This document shows, one piece after another, positions 49,804 to 60,405 of a stretch of 64,000 nt of DNA. This stretch comes from Vicinamibacteria bacterium (GTDB lineage: Bacteria > Acidobacteriota > Vicinamibacteria > Fen-336 > CBDFGD01). The notes under the pieces are model-generated. The model was not told the origin of the DNA, searched no databases, and saw only the letters and a list, made by a program, of their open reading frames with translations. The stretch lies in the NCBI GenBank assembly GCA_965246965.1, contig CBDFGD010000002.1, forward strand, positions 1,612,890 through 1,676,889, given 5' to 3'. The number at the start of each line of letters is the position of its first letter. Position 1 is the first letter of the stretch. The position numbers and the translations under genes are program-made.

Positions 49804-50313
49804 TCAGTCAGCCGCATTGGGCGCGGGTTCCGGCGTGTCTCCCCACCCGAGCCACCGCCTCAGCAGCGAATCGACGCTGACAGGCCCCGGTCCGAAGACG
49901 ATCAGCCAGATCAGGAACAGCAGGAAGACGACGGGGACGACGTCGGTCAGCCCAGCGGCGCCCGTGCCTCGCAGCGCGTCGAGAAATCCGCCTCGGTCGG
50001 CGGTCATCAGGGCCACCACCATCGTCGACGCGAGGCCGATCGCCACGAACCGGGTCAGCAAGCCCAGGATGATCGCGATACCCCCGTAGTACTCGAGGCG
50101 CGACACGAACGCCGCGTTCAGCTCCGGGAAGGGGATGCCGAGGCTCGTGAAGAACGCGATCACGTTCTCCATGTTCGCGAGCTTGCCACCGCCCGTCTGA
50201 TAGAAGGCCTGTCCGATCGCCAGGCGCGTCAGAAGGGGTGGTAGGAAGGCCAAAGCGGCGGCCGCGGCGAGGCCGATTCTCTGAATTCGCAGCAGATCGT
50301 CCGTCGTCGACAT
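49804..50313 (-). CDS. DoxX-family membrane protein
   Basis: Four transmembrane helices with a DoxX-like composition. ATG at 50313 preceded by GGAGGTGATC. Confidence 0.55.
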   Translation of the reverse strand: MSTTDDLLRIQRIGLAAAAALAFLPPLLTRLAIGQAFYQTGGGKLANMENVIAFFTSLGIPFPELNAAFVSRLEYYGGIAIILGLLTRFVAIGLASTMVVALMTADRGGFLDALRGTGAAGLTDVVPVVFLLFLIWLIVFGPGPVSVDSLLRRWLGWGDTPEPAPNAAD

Positions 50314-50547
50314 GATCACCTCCGAGCCGGTACGGCAGGTTAACTTTCTCTGGGCGGCAGCGGTGCCGGGGCCGCCCCCGGGGGAGCAGCCGGGCAAGTG
50401 GCTCCGATCGCGAGCGAATCGAAACAGCTCGCAGTCCGGCGCATCGTACGGCGGTCCAACGGGCGGCGCCCAAACCGACACTTGCTAGAGTTCACGCGAT
50501 GAAGCCGACGACTCGCTACCGGAACGCCGAAAGACTTCTGAGCGGTC

Positions 50548-52352
50548 GTGCATCGCCGTGACGCGTCGATCACACTCGGCGCCAGCCGCGCACGCGATCG
50601 CCGTCGACCTGGGCTTCAAGAAGCCGTCAGACGAAGCGTTCGATCGATCGCCCGGCTCGTGACCCGCAGTCCGACAGCTGTCCCGTCCAGCGCGGCGCGC
50701 CGTTGGGTCTACGCGCTATTGGCTATAGGGGTGCTGTTGCGACTCGCGCTGCTCGGGCGAGACCTCCCCTACTACGCCGTCGACGAGAACGACGTCGTCG
50801 AGCAGACGTACATCTTTCTAGCTGGGGATTTGCGCCCATCCTTCTTCAGCTACGGTCCGCTGGTCAGCTACCTCCTGGCCGGCCTTTGCGCGCTCGGCTG
50901 GGGAGTCATGAGTGTCGTCGAGGGCTGGCATCTCTCGGACGTGATCTATCGGGCAGTCTTCGAGCCCACGCCGTTCTACGCCGCGGCACGGCTGCTTCAC
51001 GCCTCGGCGGACGTCGCCGCCGTGGCGCTCGCCGCTCGTCTGGGGGCGCGCCACGTCAGCGGCCCGACGGGCTGGGCAATCCTGGGCCTCGGCTCGGCGC
51101 CATTGCTCAGCCTCAACACCGACTTCACGATCGGCAACGACACCTTCCAGGGCTTGCTCGCATTGGCCGCCCTCGGGTTCGTCGGAAAGAAGGATCGAGC
51201 TCCGAATCGGGCCGTCGCATTCGCCGGTGCTGCGGCGGGCCTGTCTCTCGCGGTCAAGCCGCTGCAGGGGTTGCTGGTGATGCCCGCGCTCCTCCTGGCC
51301 ATCGTGATTCCATCAGCAGCCGAGTCGCGCCGCGCGGGATGGCGTTCCGTAGCCGCTTCCGCGAAGCTCCTGGCGGTCTTCGGCGCCTCTCTGGTCGGGA
51401 GTCATGCGGTGGCGAACCCGTACTCGGTCCTCGAGTTCGGCCGGTTCTGGCGAGAGAACGCCGGCTGGATCGAGCGGACGGCCCCCTCCACCGGGTCGGG
51501 GTGGCATTTCGGCTGGTGGCTCGATCTGGCCGGCTGGCCGCTCGCTCTCTTCGCCGCCGTCGCCGTCGCGGCCGGGTTCACCCTCGTCCGCAACACCGCG
51601 CCGCGCGCGTTGCTGCTCTACGTCCTGACTGTCGTCGGTGTCTATCTCTTCGTCGGCGTTCGCCCCTATTGGTACAACGCCGTGCTGCCGGCGGTTCTGG
51701 TCCTGTGCGGAGCGCTGATCGCGAAGTTGTCGGGTCGCAGCGGCTGGCGGTCGGCCGACGTGGCGATCGTGCTGGGCTCGGTGCTCGCCGCCGTGCCGCT
51801 CGCCAACTCCGCCGGCGAGGCCTGGCGGGCCTGGTCGCCGGAGCCATCTCTCGAGCGGCGGCCCGACCGAGCCGCGCAGGTTTGGATCGAGGAGCGCTCC
51901 CCTCCGGCAGCCGCCTATTGGTCGTGGGACGCTACGGGCAAGGGGCGCCGCGCCTGGTGGCAGAGACGCCCAAGGTGCACGGGGTGTGGGCCGACCACTT
52001 CATGTACGGTCGCGGATCCAGCCGCAAATGGAACGACGTGTTCCGCACGGCCTACAGGCGACATCGCCATAGCGGAGCTCCGCTGTACTGGATTACGAAC
52101 GTGCGGCGCGACTACACCGATCGCTGGCCGGATCCCGTGGTGGTGGAGCGGATGCACGAAGTCCCGCCCGCCCTGGCCCGAATCGCGAATGCCCGCTACA
52201 TCGTCACGGCGTCCTCGTCGCGTTTCGTCGGGCGTTGGGAGGGTCGGAGCGACGTGCGGCTCCTCGCGACCTTCACCGCGGAGCCCGGGGCCCGCGCCGA
52301 GAGCGAAGTGAAGATCTTCGAACTGGTCGCATCCGAAGACGAGCCTCGATGA
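50548..52352 (+). CDS. GT-C superfamily membrane glycosyltransferase (family 39 / ArnT/PMT-like), apparent frameshift near 51850-51920
   Basis: Multiple transmembrane helices with the loop …YYAVDENDVVEQTYIFLAG… of a DE-containing GT-C type. The C-terminal roughly 140 aa continue in another frame (…LLVVGRYGQGAPRLV…). Start uncertain. Confidence 0.45.
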
Positions 52353-52391
52353 ACAATCGGGAGGGCTGCTTTCATGTCGGTTTCGTCGTGA

Positions 52392-52823
<432 letters not shown>

Positions 52824-53019
52824 TTGCTGGCTAGAGGCAAACTCCCAAAGGTGGCCCTGGTCGCTGGCATGAGGAAGTCTCCATAGATCTGGAACGAAAA
52901 GTAGACGAGGCCCAGGGCCAGCGTGCTCCCGCGTTGGTCCTCGTAGTTCTCAAAGATCGCATCGACGTGGACAGCACACCCGCCGGAGTCTGCGCGAACT
53001 TCCCGACCTGAGACCTGAC

Positions 53020-53074
53020 CCCACGTGCTTCGCCACGTGCTTCGTGACCCCACGTGCTTCAAGCCCACGTGCCT
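53020..53074. repeat. Tandem array of four CCACGTGC(T/C)TC motifs (E-box-like CACGTG palindromes) at 12-17-bp spacing
   Basis: Read directly at 53020, 53032, 53049 and 53064. Intergenic, between the IS110 remnant and the 3' end of the lipoprotein gene. Confidence 0.6.
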
Positions 53075-53129
53075 CAGCCGGTGCGAAGCTGCCGGCGCTC
53101 CAGAGCCAGAAGTGGCTTCTATGCGAGCG

Positions 53130-53591
53130 TCAGTTCTGGGCCGGTTGACGGTTGGGGTATACGGGAGCGCGAATCAGCTTGATTTCGGGGCGGGCGGCCA
53201 GCGACCGCAAGGCGGAGAGCGGGAGACGCGCCGCGACACGATCAGAAGCGACTGCCTCGACCTTTCCGCCTGCTTGCCCGATGGCGTCGGCCGTCAGGTT
53301 CGGGTCGGCGCCATCCATCAACTCGAGGACAACCAGTACCATCCCCGTCTCGGCCTGCCAAGCGAGATCCTCGGACTCGAAAGCCTCGCCGGCGGCTTCG
53401 GCCGCAATCGCCAGCTTCAGCTGATCGGAAAATTTGGCGTCCGCCTGGGCCGCGGTAACTTCCGCACTAGCGCTCTCTGGCGCCGCTGCGGACGCTGGGC
53501 TCCCGGGGGCCTGCTCCGGTTCGGGGTTCGGCGGCGAACAGCCCGCGAATGTGAGCGCGGCGCAGAGAATAGCGAATTGTCGACACATCAT
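53130..53591 (-). CDS. Hypothetical lipoprotein
   Basis: Signal peptide with lipobox LTFAGCS. Ala/Glu-rich mature part. Confidence 0.4.
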   Translation of the reverse strand: MMCRQFAILCAALTFAGCSPPNPEPEQAPGSPASAAAPESASAEVTAAQADAKFSDQLKLAIAAEAAGEAFESEDLAWQAETGMVLVVLELMDGADPNLTADAIGQAGGKVEAVASDRVAARLPLSALRSLAARPEIKLIRAPVYPNRQPAQN

Positions 53592-53974
53592 AAGATCCCT
53601 CCAAAATGATCCGCGGGCGACGGTATCCCGAATGGACGGGCGTCTGCAAAGCGGTCATCGGCAGCACACGACGTGCCAGGGCACGCTGGGCAGTGGGGGA
53701 GACCTCTGCGTAGTGATCCCACCCAACGGCCGGAGGCCGGATCGGCACCGCGGCCGCGTGGACTGGTCGCGGTGGGCGTGGTCCCCGGATGGTCGGCGGC
53801 GCCCCGCTTCTGCTCGATGGGGACGGCACGGCGACCTACGCAGTCGACAAAGACGCCACGGCGACCTCCGCGCGACTCACACGCGAGCGAACAATGGCGA
53901 GCAAGGAAGAGGAGCTTGACCAGGGTGAACATCGCGGCGAGGTACCGCCGTGCCATGGATCTCCGCTACTCCGG

Positions 53975-54502
53975 TCAACGCCGTACGATCCCGAGAGAGA
54001 ACCGCCACTGCGACGCCTGGTCGTCGAGGCCGGTGAGCCGATAGTCGACCTGGGCTGCCCGCAGCGTCCAGCGATCGGACAGGCGCACGTCGACCCCGCC
54101 TCCCAGCTCGGAGGCGAAGCTTGTGCTCCAGGGGCAGCCGCCGCGGCAGACGCCGGCGGCGCCGATGGCGAGGCCGAACACTTCGACCTGCCGCCGCGAG
54201 CGCACGGCCCCCCCGAGGGCGTGGACGAACGGACTCAGCCGACGCTTTCTCAGAAAGGAGAGCCGCGGACCGACCAGCATCGCCAGCTCGTCCAGGGACT
54301 CGCCCGCCGTGGTGCCGAACTGTCCGTTCGCGACCGCCTGGAGCATCAGCGTATCGCCGAGGGACAGCGCGAAGCCGAGGCTCGCGCCGTGCACACCGTC
54401 GCCGCCGAGGCGGAGCTGCGAATAGGCGCCGGACAGCTCGGCAGCATCGGACCGTAGCCCGCTCGCGAAGATGGCGAGCCCGAGGAGTGCGGCGCGGCGC
54501 AT
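53975..54502 (-). CDS. Small outer-membrane beta-barrel protein (OmpW/OmpA-N-like)
   Basis: Signal peptide, alternating amphipathic strands and a C-terminal …FSLGIVRR. The longer annotated ORF upstream is antisense to DUF1501. Confidence 0.4.
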   Translation of the reverse strand: MRRAALLGLAIFASGLRSDAAELSGAYSQLRLGGDGVHGASLGFALSLGDTLMLQAVANGQFGTTAGESLDELAMLVGPRLSFLRKRRLSPFVHALGGAVRSRRQVEVFGLAIGAAGVCRGGCPWSTSFASELGGGVDVRLSDRWTLRAAQVDYRLTGLDDQASQWRFSLGIVRR

Positions 54503-54567
54503 CGCGCTTCTCACGCGAAGATCCCCGGATCCGGACCGGCCGCACCGGGGACGACCTGGGACGAATC

Positions 54568-55737
54568 CTACACGCCGAGCCAGCGCGCCGCCGCCACGAA
54601 GACGTCCCGAAAATCGGCCGTGTGCGCCAACTCGCGTCCATCGTTGAGCGCGGAGGCCGACAGCCCGGGCCAGTCGCCGTGGACGCGGCCGCCGCGCACC
54701 GAGCCTCCCAGGAACAGACCGCAGTGCGCCGCCCCGTGGTCCGTGCCCTGGCTGCCGTTCTGCGCCGCGGTCCGGCCGAACTCCGTCGTCACCATGAGCA
54801 GCACGTCGTCGATGCGAGAGCCCAGGTCCTGGCGAAAGGCCACGAGCGCCTCGCCGAGCGGTAGGTAGTCTGCGCTGTTGCCCGCGAGCTGGTTGGCGTG
54901 GGTGTCGAACGCCCCCGGGACGTTGACGTAGATGCAGCGCGTCCCCAGGTCCGCCCGCACCAGCTGAGCGGCCTGCCGCAAGCCGGACCCGGCGGGGCCC
55001 ACGGGGTACTCGGCACCGCCCTCGGGTAGAGCGTGCAGGGCGGGCGTCGTGCGCGCCAGGGCCACGGCATCGAAGACGTCGCGTCCGCTGCGGTGCGCGA
55101 CAGTGTCCTGGGCCGCGTGAACCTCGCGGAGCAACGACTCGGCCTCGGCCGCCCAGTCGGCCGCTCCGCTGCCCGCGCGCAAGGCGAAGCCTTCGAGGCT
55201 CTGGGCCACCAGCTCCGGGTGGGGCCCGAGCACCGCGCGGGGAGTCCGGCTCGAGAGCGCCACGAGCTGCCACAGCTCTTCGCCGGGCAACAGCCGAGCC
55301 ACGCGCTCGAGCCAGCCGTCCCGCGTGGTCCTGTCGCCGGGCGTGCCCGTGTCCATGAAGTCCTGGGCGTCGAAGTGCGAGCGCGTGAGCTGCGCGTTGC
55401 CGATCGACGGGTGCAGCGCCAACACTCCCTCCCGGTACAGGGGCTCGAGAGGCGCCAGGTCCGGGTGCAGCCCGAAGAACCCGTTCAGGTCGACCACGCC
55501 ATCCCCGGCGCGCAGCGCGATATCCGGCCGCAGCGCGTAGTAGTCGGCGTCTCCGTGCGGCACGCAGAGATTCAGCCCGTCCGCGCCGCCGCGCAGGAAC
55601 ACCTGGACCAGGACGCGGCCGTTTGGCAGGGCCGCCTCGGCGGCGCGGGTCAAAAACGCGGAGGGCGACAGACCGAAGCCCACCGCGGGCAGGCCGGCCC
55701 CATGGACGAAGATGCGGCGCGAGGGATCGAAAGCCAT
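54568..55737 (-). CDS. DUF1501 family protein (Tat-dependent sulfatase-like)
   Basis: Characteristic DUF1501 blocks and the pairing with the upstream DUF1800 gene. Confidence 0.75.
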   Translation of the reverse strand: MAFDPSRRIFVHGAGLPAVGFGLSPSAFLTRAAEAALPNGRVLVQVFLRGGADGLNLCVPHGDADYYALRPDIALRAGDGVVDLNGFFGLHPDLAPLEPLYREGVLALHPSIGNAQLTRSHFDAQDFMDTGTPGDRTTRDGWLERVARLLPGEELWQLVALSSRTPRAVLGPHPELVAQSLEGFALRAGSGAADWAAEAESLLREVHAAQDTVAHRSGRDVFDAVALARTTPALHALPEGGAEYPVGPAGSGLRQAAQLVRADLGTRCIYVNVPGAFDTHANQLAGNSADYLPLGEALVAFRQDLGSRIDDVLLMVTTEFGRTAAQNGSQGTDHGAAHCGLFLGGSVRGGRVHGDWPGLSASALNDGRELAHTADFRDVFVAAARWLGV

Positions 55738-57124
55738 CTATTTCACCTGAAAGGCCGGGCTGGCCAGGGCCAGGCCCACGGCTCGGAACGCAGCGGGCAG
55801 CGCAGACGAGCCGCTCACCCGCCCGCAGGCCGCGAGCACCTCAGGCGGCAGCGTCTCCGCGAAGATCAACCGATCGACGGCCTGCGCCGCTGCGGCCGCG
55901 TCGCCGGGGTCGCCATTGCCGATCAACGCCCGCAAATCCACACCGATGCCCGGAAGGGTCTGGCTCACGACCGACAGCGCGAAGTTGAAGCGCGTCAGGT
56001 GCGAGCCGGGGTTCGGGATCCAGTCGGAGCCGCGGTCGCTCCAACCTGTGGGATCGAGCGCGCCGTAGGTGGGCATGCCCATGGACTGCAGCCCATCGGC
56101 CCCCAGTAGCGCGCGCGGGTTCGCGACCTCCGCCCCGACCGCGCGCAGCACGGCGGTCACGTACTCGTGAGGGGTGCGTAGCTTTCCCGAGCCAAAGGCC
56201 TCGTCCCACAGCTCGGCCGAGCCCAGCAGCGTCCGCATCACCTCGGAGAGGTCGCCGCCGCTACTCGAGAAGGACGAGGCGACCTGCCCGACCAGGCTGT
56301 CCGGCGGATCGTCGGAGACGAAGCGGCGCGCGAGCTTGGTGGCGACGAACCGTGCGGTCGCAGGATGGCTGGCCAGCAGATCCAGGACGTCCTCGCCGTC
56401 CTTCTGGCCCTGTCCAGGCGGGAGGCGCCGGCCGAGCACGTCCTTGGCGCCGTCGTCATGAAGCCGGCCGCGGTAGGCGAATCCGCCGCCCCGGTTGAGC
56501 CCCCAGCCGGTGAAGGCCCGGGCGACCTCCTCGACGTCGCGCTGCGAGTAGCCGCCGTCGACGCCCAGCGTGTGCAGCTCCATCAGCTCGCGGGCGTAGT
56601 TCTCGTTGATGCTGCGGGCGGAGCTCAGGTAGTTGTCGAGATAGGCCATCATCGACCACGAGTGCGCCACGGCGCCCAGCAGATCGCGAAAACGTCCCAG
56701 CACGAAGGGGCGGATGGCGTCGTACTCGTAGCGGATCAAGCCGAGGAGCGTCAGGCGATCGCCGCCGAACACGTTGAAGTGGTTGAACCAGAAATCGGTC
56801 AGCACCTCCTGGAGCTGGTTTTTCCCGTGCACCGCGCGGATGAAATGCGCGCCGAGCAGCTCGAGCCGCGCGGTGGCCAAAACGCGCGGGTTGGCTTCGG
56901 AGCGCGTGAGCAGCTCGCCGATCGAGGCGTTCAGGCTCGAGTGCCCGACGAGCCTGCCGTCCAGGTTGGGATCCGTTCCCGGGTCGAGCTGGTCTTCCAG
57001 CCAGCGTTCGATGCCGCGGTCGGTGACCTCCGCCAGGCTCTCGGGGCGCGGCCCGAAGCCGAAGCGGTTCAGCGCGAAGCGAGCGAGCCGGGCTCCCGGC
57101 GAGGGCGTGTTCATGGGGGCAGGC
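55738..57124 (-). CDS. DUF1800 family protein
   Basis: Conserved DUF1800 blocks. ATG at 57124. It abuts the DUF1501 gene, the canonical pair. Confidence 0.75.
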
Positions 57125-57203
57125 CTCTTGTGCTTGGACCGGTTTCGGGGACCCCTGGTTGAAGCGCCAGCCCGAAGAATCTGCGGGACCCGCTTCAACC
57201 CCG

Positions 57204-58727
57204 GCTAGGAGTCTGCGCGGCAGGAACGAAATCGGGTGAATGAGCGTTTTTGAAGTTATGGGAACGAGTTTCCGTCCGTACAGTCCTGACCAATCGAGTT
57301 TGTTTCCGTCGAATCCACGAGACTGGCTTCCGGAGGGTCATCTTTCGTTTTTCATCTCGGATACGGTGGAGGCGATGGATGTGCGTGCTTTCTACGAGCG
57401 CTACGAGGGCGATGGACGTCGGAACCGACGATTCGATCCTCGAATGATGCTGAAGGTTCTGATCTACGGCTATGCGACAGGGACGTTTTCGTCTCGTGGG
57501 ATCGCGAAGAAGCTGGAAGAGGATGTCGCATACCGTTATTTGAGCGGAGGCAATTTCCCGGCACACCGGACGATCAGTGATTTCCGTTGTGACCATTTGT
57601 CCCAGTTTCGATCTGTATTCGTCCAAGTCGTGCGTCTGGCTCAAGAAGTGGGTTTGGTCAAGCTTGGGACGTTGATTCTGGATGGAACGAAGGTCAAGGC
57701 GAATGCCAGCAAGCACAAGGCGATGAGCTACGAGCGTATGAAGAAAACGGAGAAACAGCTCCGTCGAGAGATTCGGGCTATCACCGCTCTTGCGAAACAA
57801 GAAGATGCTGCGGAAGACGTCGAGTTTGGTCCTGATTTTCGTGGCGACGAACTGCCAGAAGAGCTGGCGCGCCGAGATTCACGGCTCAAGAAAATCCAAG
57901 CAGCGAAGGCACGTCTGGAGGCCCGTCAGAAGGAAGAAGATCAGCAGGCCGGACGTCGGCCAGGGGATGACAAGGAATCGAAGCGAGGGCCAAAGTTCAA
58001 AAGGAGATTTGGCGTACCTCCGGACAAGAAGCAGGACAACTTCACCGATCCCGAAAGCCGCATCATGAAGGATTCGAGTGGCTACCAGCAGTGCTTCAAT
58101 GCCCAAGCCGCCGTCGACGAGAAATCGCAGCTGATCGTTGCGACCGGGTTGACCAACAACGCTGCGGATGTCGGTCAGCTCGAGCCGATGCTGAAAACGG
58201 CTCAAGCCAACACCGGTGAGAAGCCCAAGCGTGCCCTGGCCGATGCCGGCTACCGTTCCGAAAAGAACCTACTGCACTTGGAACGTACCGGAATCGACGG
58301 TTTCGTGGCTCTGGGGAGAGAAAAGTAAAGACTCTCCACCAACGTCGAATTCGAAGCTCGAAGCGACGCTCCGCATGAAGGCGAAGCTCAAGACGAAACG
58401 TGGTCGCAAGTGGTACAAGCGGCGCAAACTCGGCGAACCGCCATTCGGATGGATCAAGGCTGTGCTTGGTTTCCAATCCTTCAGCCTTCGAGGGCTTGAG
58501 AAAACCAGCGCCGAGTGGAATCTCGTTTGCTTGGCGCTCAACCTCAGGAGACTCAATCAGAAGATGGTCTGGGTATGACCACCACCCGGCCTTGGATCCG
58601 CCCGTCCTCCCTCGCGAGCACTCGTCCGCGAGCCCACTACTGCCGTTTAACCCAGGCAAGATGATCTCTCGGGTCACAAGGCACGATGACACACCCGGGC
58701 TGAACTACTACCGCGCAGACTCTTAGC
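57204..58727 (+). mobile_element. IS1182-family insertion sequence, copy 2 (1524 bp; inverted relative to copy 1)
   Basis: Same inverted repeats, with the right repeat carrying a T for C (…GACTCTTAGC). One extra T at 58326 relative to copy 1. Confidence 0.85.
57240..58578 (+). pseudogene. IS1182-family transposase, frameshifted (1-nt insertion at 58326 creates an in-frame TAA)
   Basis: ORFs 57240-58328 and 58216-58578 together equal the copy-1 transposase. GAGAAAAGTAAAGACTC here versus GAGAAAAGAAAGACTC in copy 1. Confidence 0.75.
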
Positions 58728-60280
58728 TCGAAGTACTCCCTGGCCCTCTCGACCTGATCGGGGTTCAAGCTGTAGAAGTGGAAAAGGCCCTTGAGATAGT
58801 CATCGTAGGCTTGGGGGTCGACTGCGTCGGCCTCGCTCAGCCGATTCTCTTCGTTGGGTGTCAGCTTGGCCTGGATCTCGCGGGCGACCGCCCGGGCGAC
58901 CTCACTCTGCAACGCCAGCAGGTCACCCACGTCGCGCATATAGGTGCGCGCCCAGAGGTGACGATCGGTCGGGGCGTGGACGAGCTGGGCGGTGATCCGC
59001 ACTCGGTCACCCAACCGGGCCGCCGAGCCCTCGATTACGGCTTCGACGTCGAGCTCCGAGGCGATTTCCGGCAGGCTCTTGTCTCTTGCTCCTTTGTACT
59101 GCATCACCGAGGTCCGCGAGATCACCCGCAGTGAGCTGATCTGGGCGAGATCGGCGCTCAGTGCCTCGGTCATCCCGTCCGCGAAGTACGCCTGGTTCGG
59201 GTCTCCGGAGAGGTTCTGGAGCGGCAGGACCGCCAGCGATCGAATCGCCGGCAGGGCGAGCTCGGTGGCAAACGGCTCCTCGGCACCTGGCGACCTGAGA
59301 GCCGTCCAGCCCACCAGCCCGCCGATGACGGCCACGGCGACGAGCCCTACCATCCACCGAACACCGGTTCGTCGTCTCGCTCCGACTCCCCTGGTTGCCC
59401 CCTGCAACCGCGTCTCGGGCTCCCCGCGGGTGGTGAGCTGCTGGCGAATCTCGTCGACATGCTGCGGCCGTTCGTCCGGGTCCTTCTCGAGACAGCGCCT
59501 GACGAGCTCGTCCAAATAGCCGGGCACCGACGGTTTGAGCTCTCCCAAAGGCTGCGGCTGATCCCGAAGAACAGCCGCGAGGAGGTCCGCCGCGCTCCCA
59601 CCGGCGAACGGCCGGCGGCCGCTCAGCATCTCGTAGAAGATCACGCCCAGGCTGAACAGGTCCGAGCGCTGGTCCACGGGCTTGCCCTGCGCCTGCTCCG
59701 GGCTCATGTAAGTCGACGTGCCCAAGACCTGGCCGTCCCTGGTCAGCGCTTCGGTGGTTTCGGTCGCCCCGCTTCCCGCCTCCATTCGTCGCTGCTTGGC
59801 GAGCCCGAAGTCGAGGACCTTCAGCCGCCCGGTGTCGGTGACCATGACGTTGCGGGGCTCGAGATCCCGGTGGGTGATCCCCTCGGCGTGGGCGGCGGCG
59901 AGAGCGTCAGTCAAGGGAACTGCGATCTCCATGAAGTCGTCGATGCCCATGCCGCCGCCGGGGATCAGCTCGGTGAGTGTCGAACCCTCGACGAGCTCGG
60001 TCGCCAAGAACCGGACTCCGTCGGCTTCTTCGATGGAATAGATGGTGAGGATGTTCGGGTGATTCAGCGCGGCGAGGGCTCGGGCCTCACGTGCGAAGCG
60101 GCTCAGCCGATTGGCGTCGCCAAAGAGCTTCTCCGGCAGCACCTTGATGGCCACCTCGCGCCCGAGCTTGGTGTCCTCCGCCCGGAAGACAACTCCCATG
60201 CCGCCCTGTCCGAGCTTGGCAGTGATCCGGAAGTGGGCAAGGCTTCTGCCGATCACGAAACGAAACTCGGCCGGTTGCAC
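58728..60280 (-). pseudogene. Ser/Thr protein kinase (Hanks-type), N-terminal portion; 3' end severed by IS1182 copy 2
   Basis: GQGGMGVVF, VAIK, HRDLEPRN, DFGLAK and SPEQ subdomains. A transmembrane helix and the start of a TPR region (…AREYFE|) end exactly at the IS boundary. Continuation at 47275. Confidence 0.75.
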
Positions 60281-60405
60281 ACCGATGACCTCGACGTCGC
60301 GGAAGTGCCAGACCGCACGACCGTCAATGTACGCGCGAGAAGGACCCCACCGGTGGCAGCGCCCAGGTCACCGGCGGCTTGCGTCGAGCCAGGACCTCGC
60401 TCTCC

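Noticed and set aside
53975-55273. 432-aa minus-strand ORF
   Set aside because: Only the C-terminal 175 codons (53975-54502) form a plausible signal-peptide plus beta-barrel protein. The upstream part is antisense to DUF1501.
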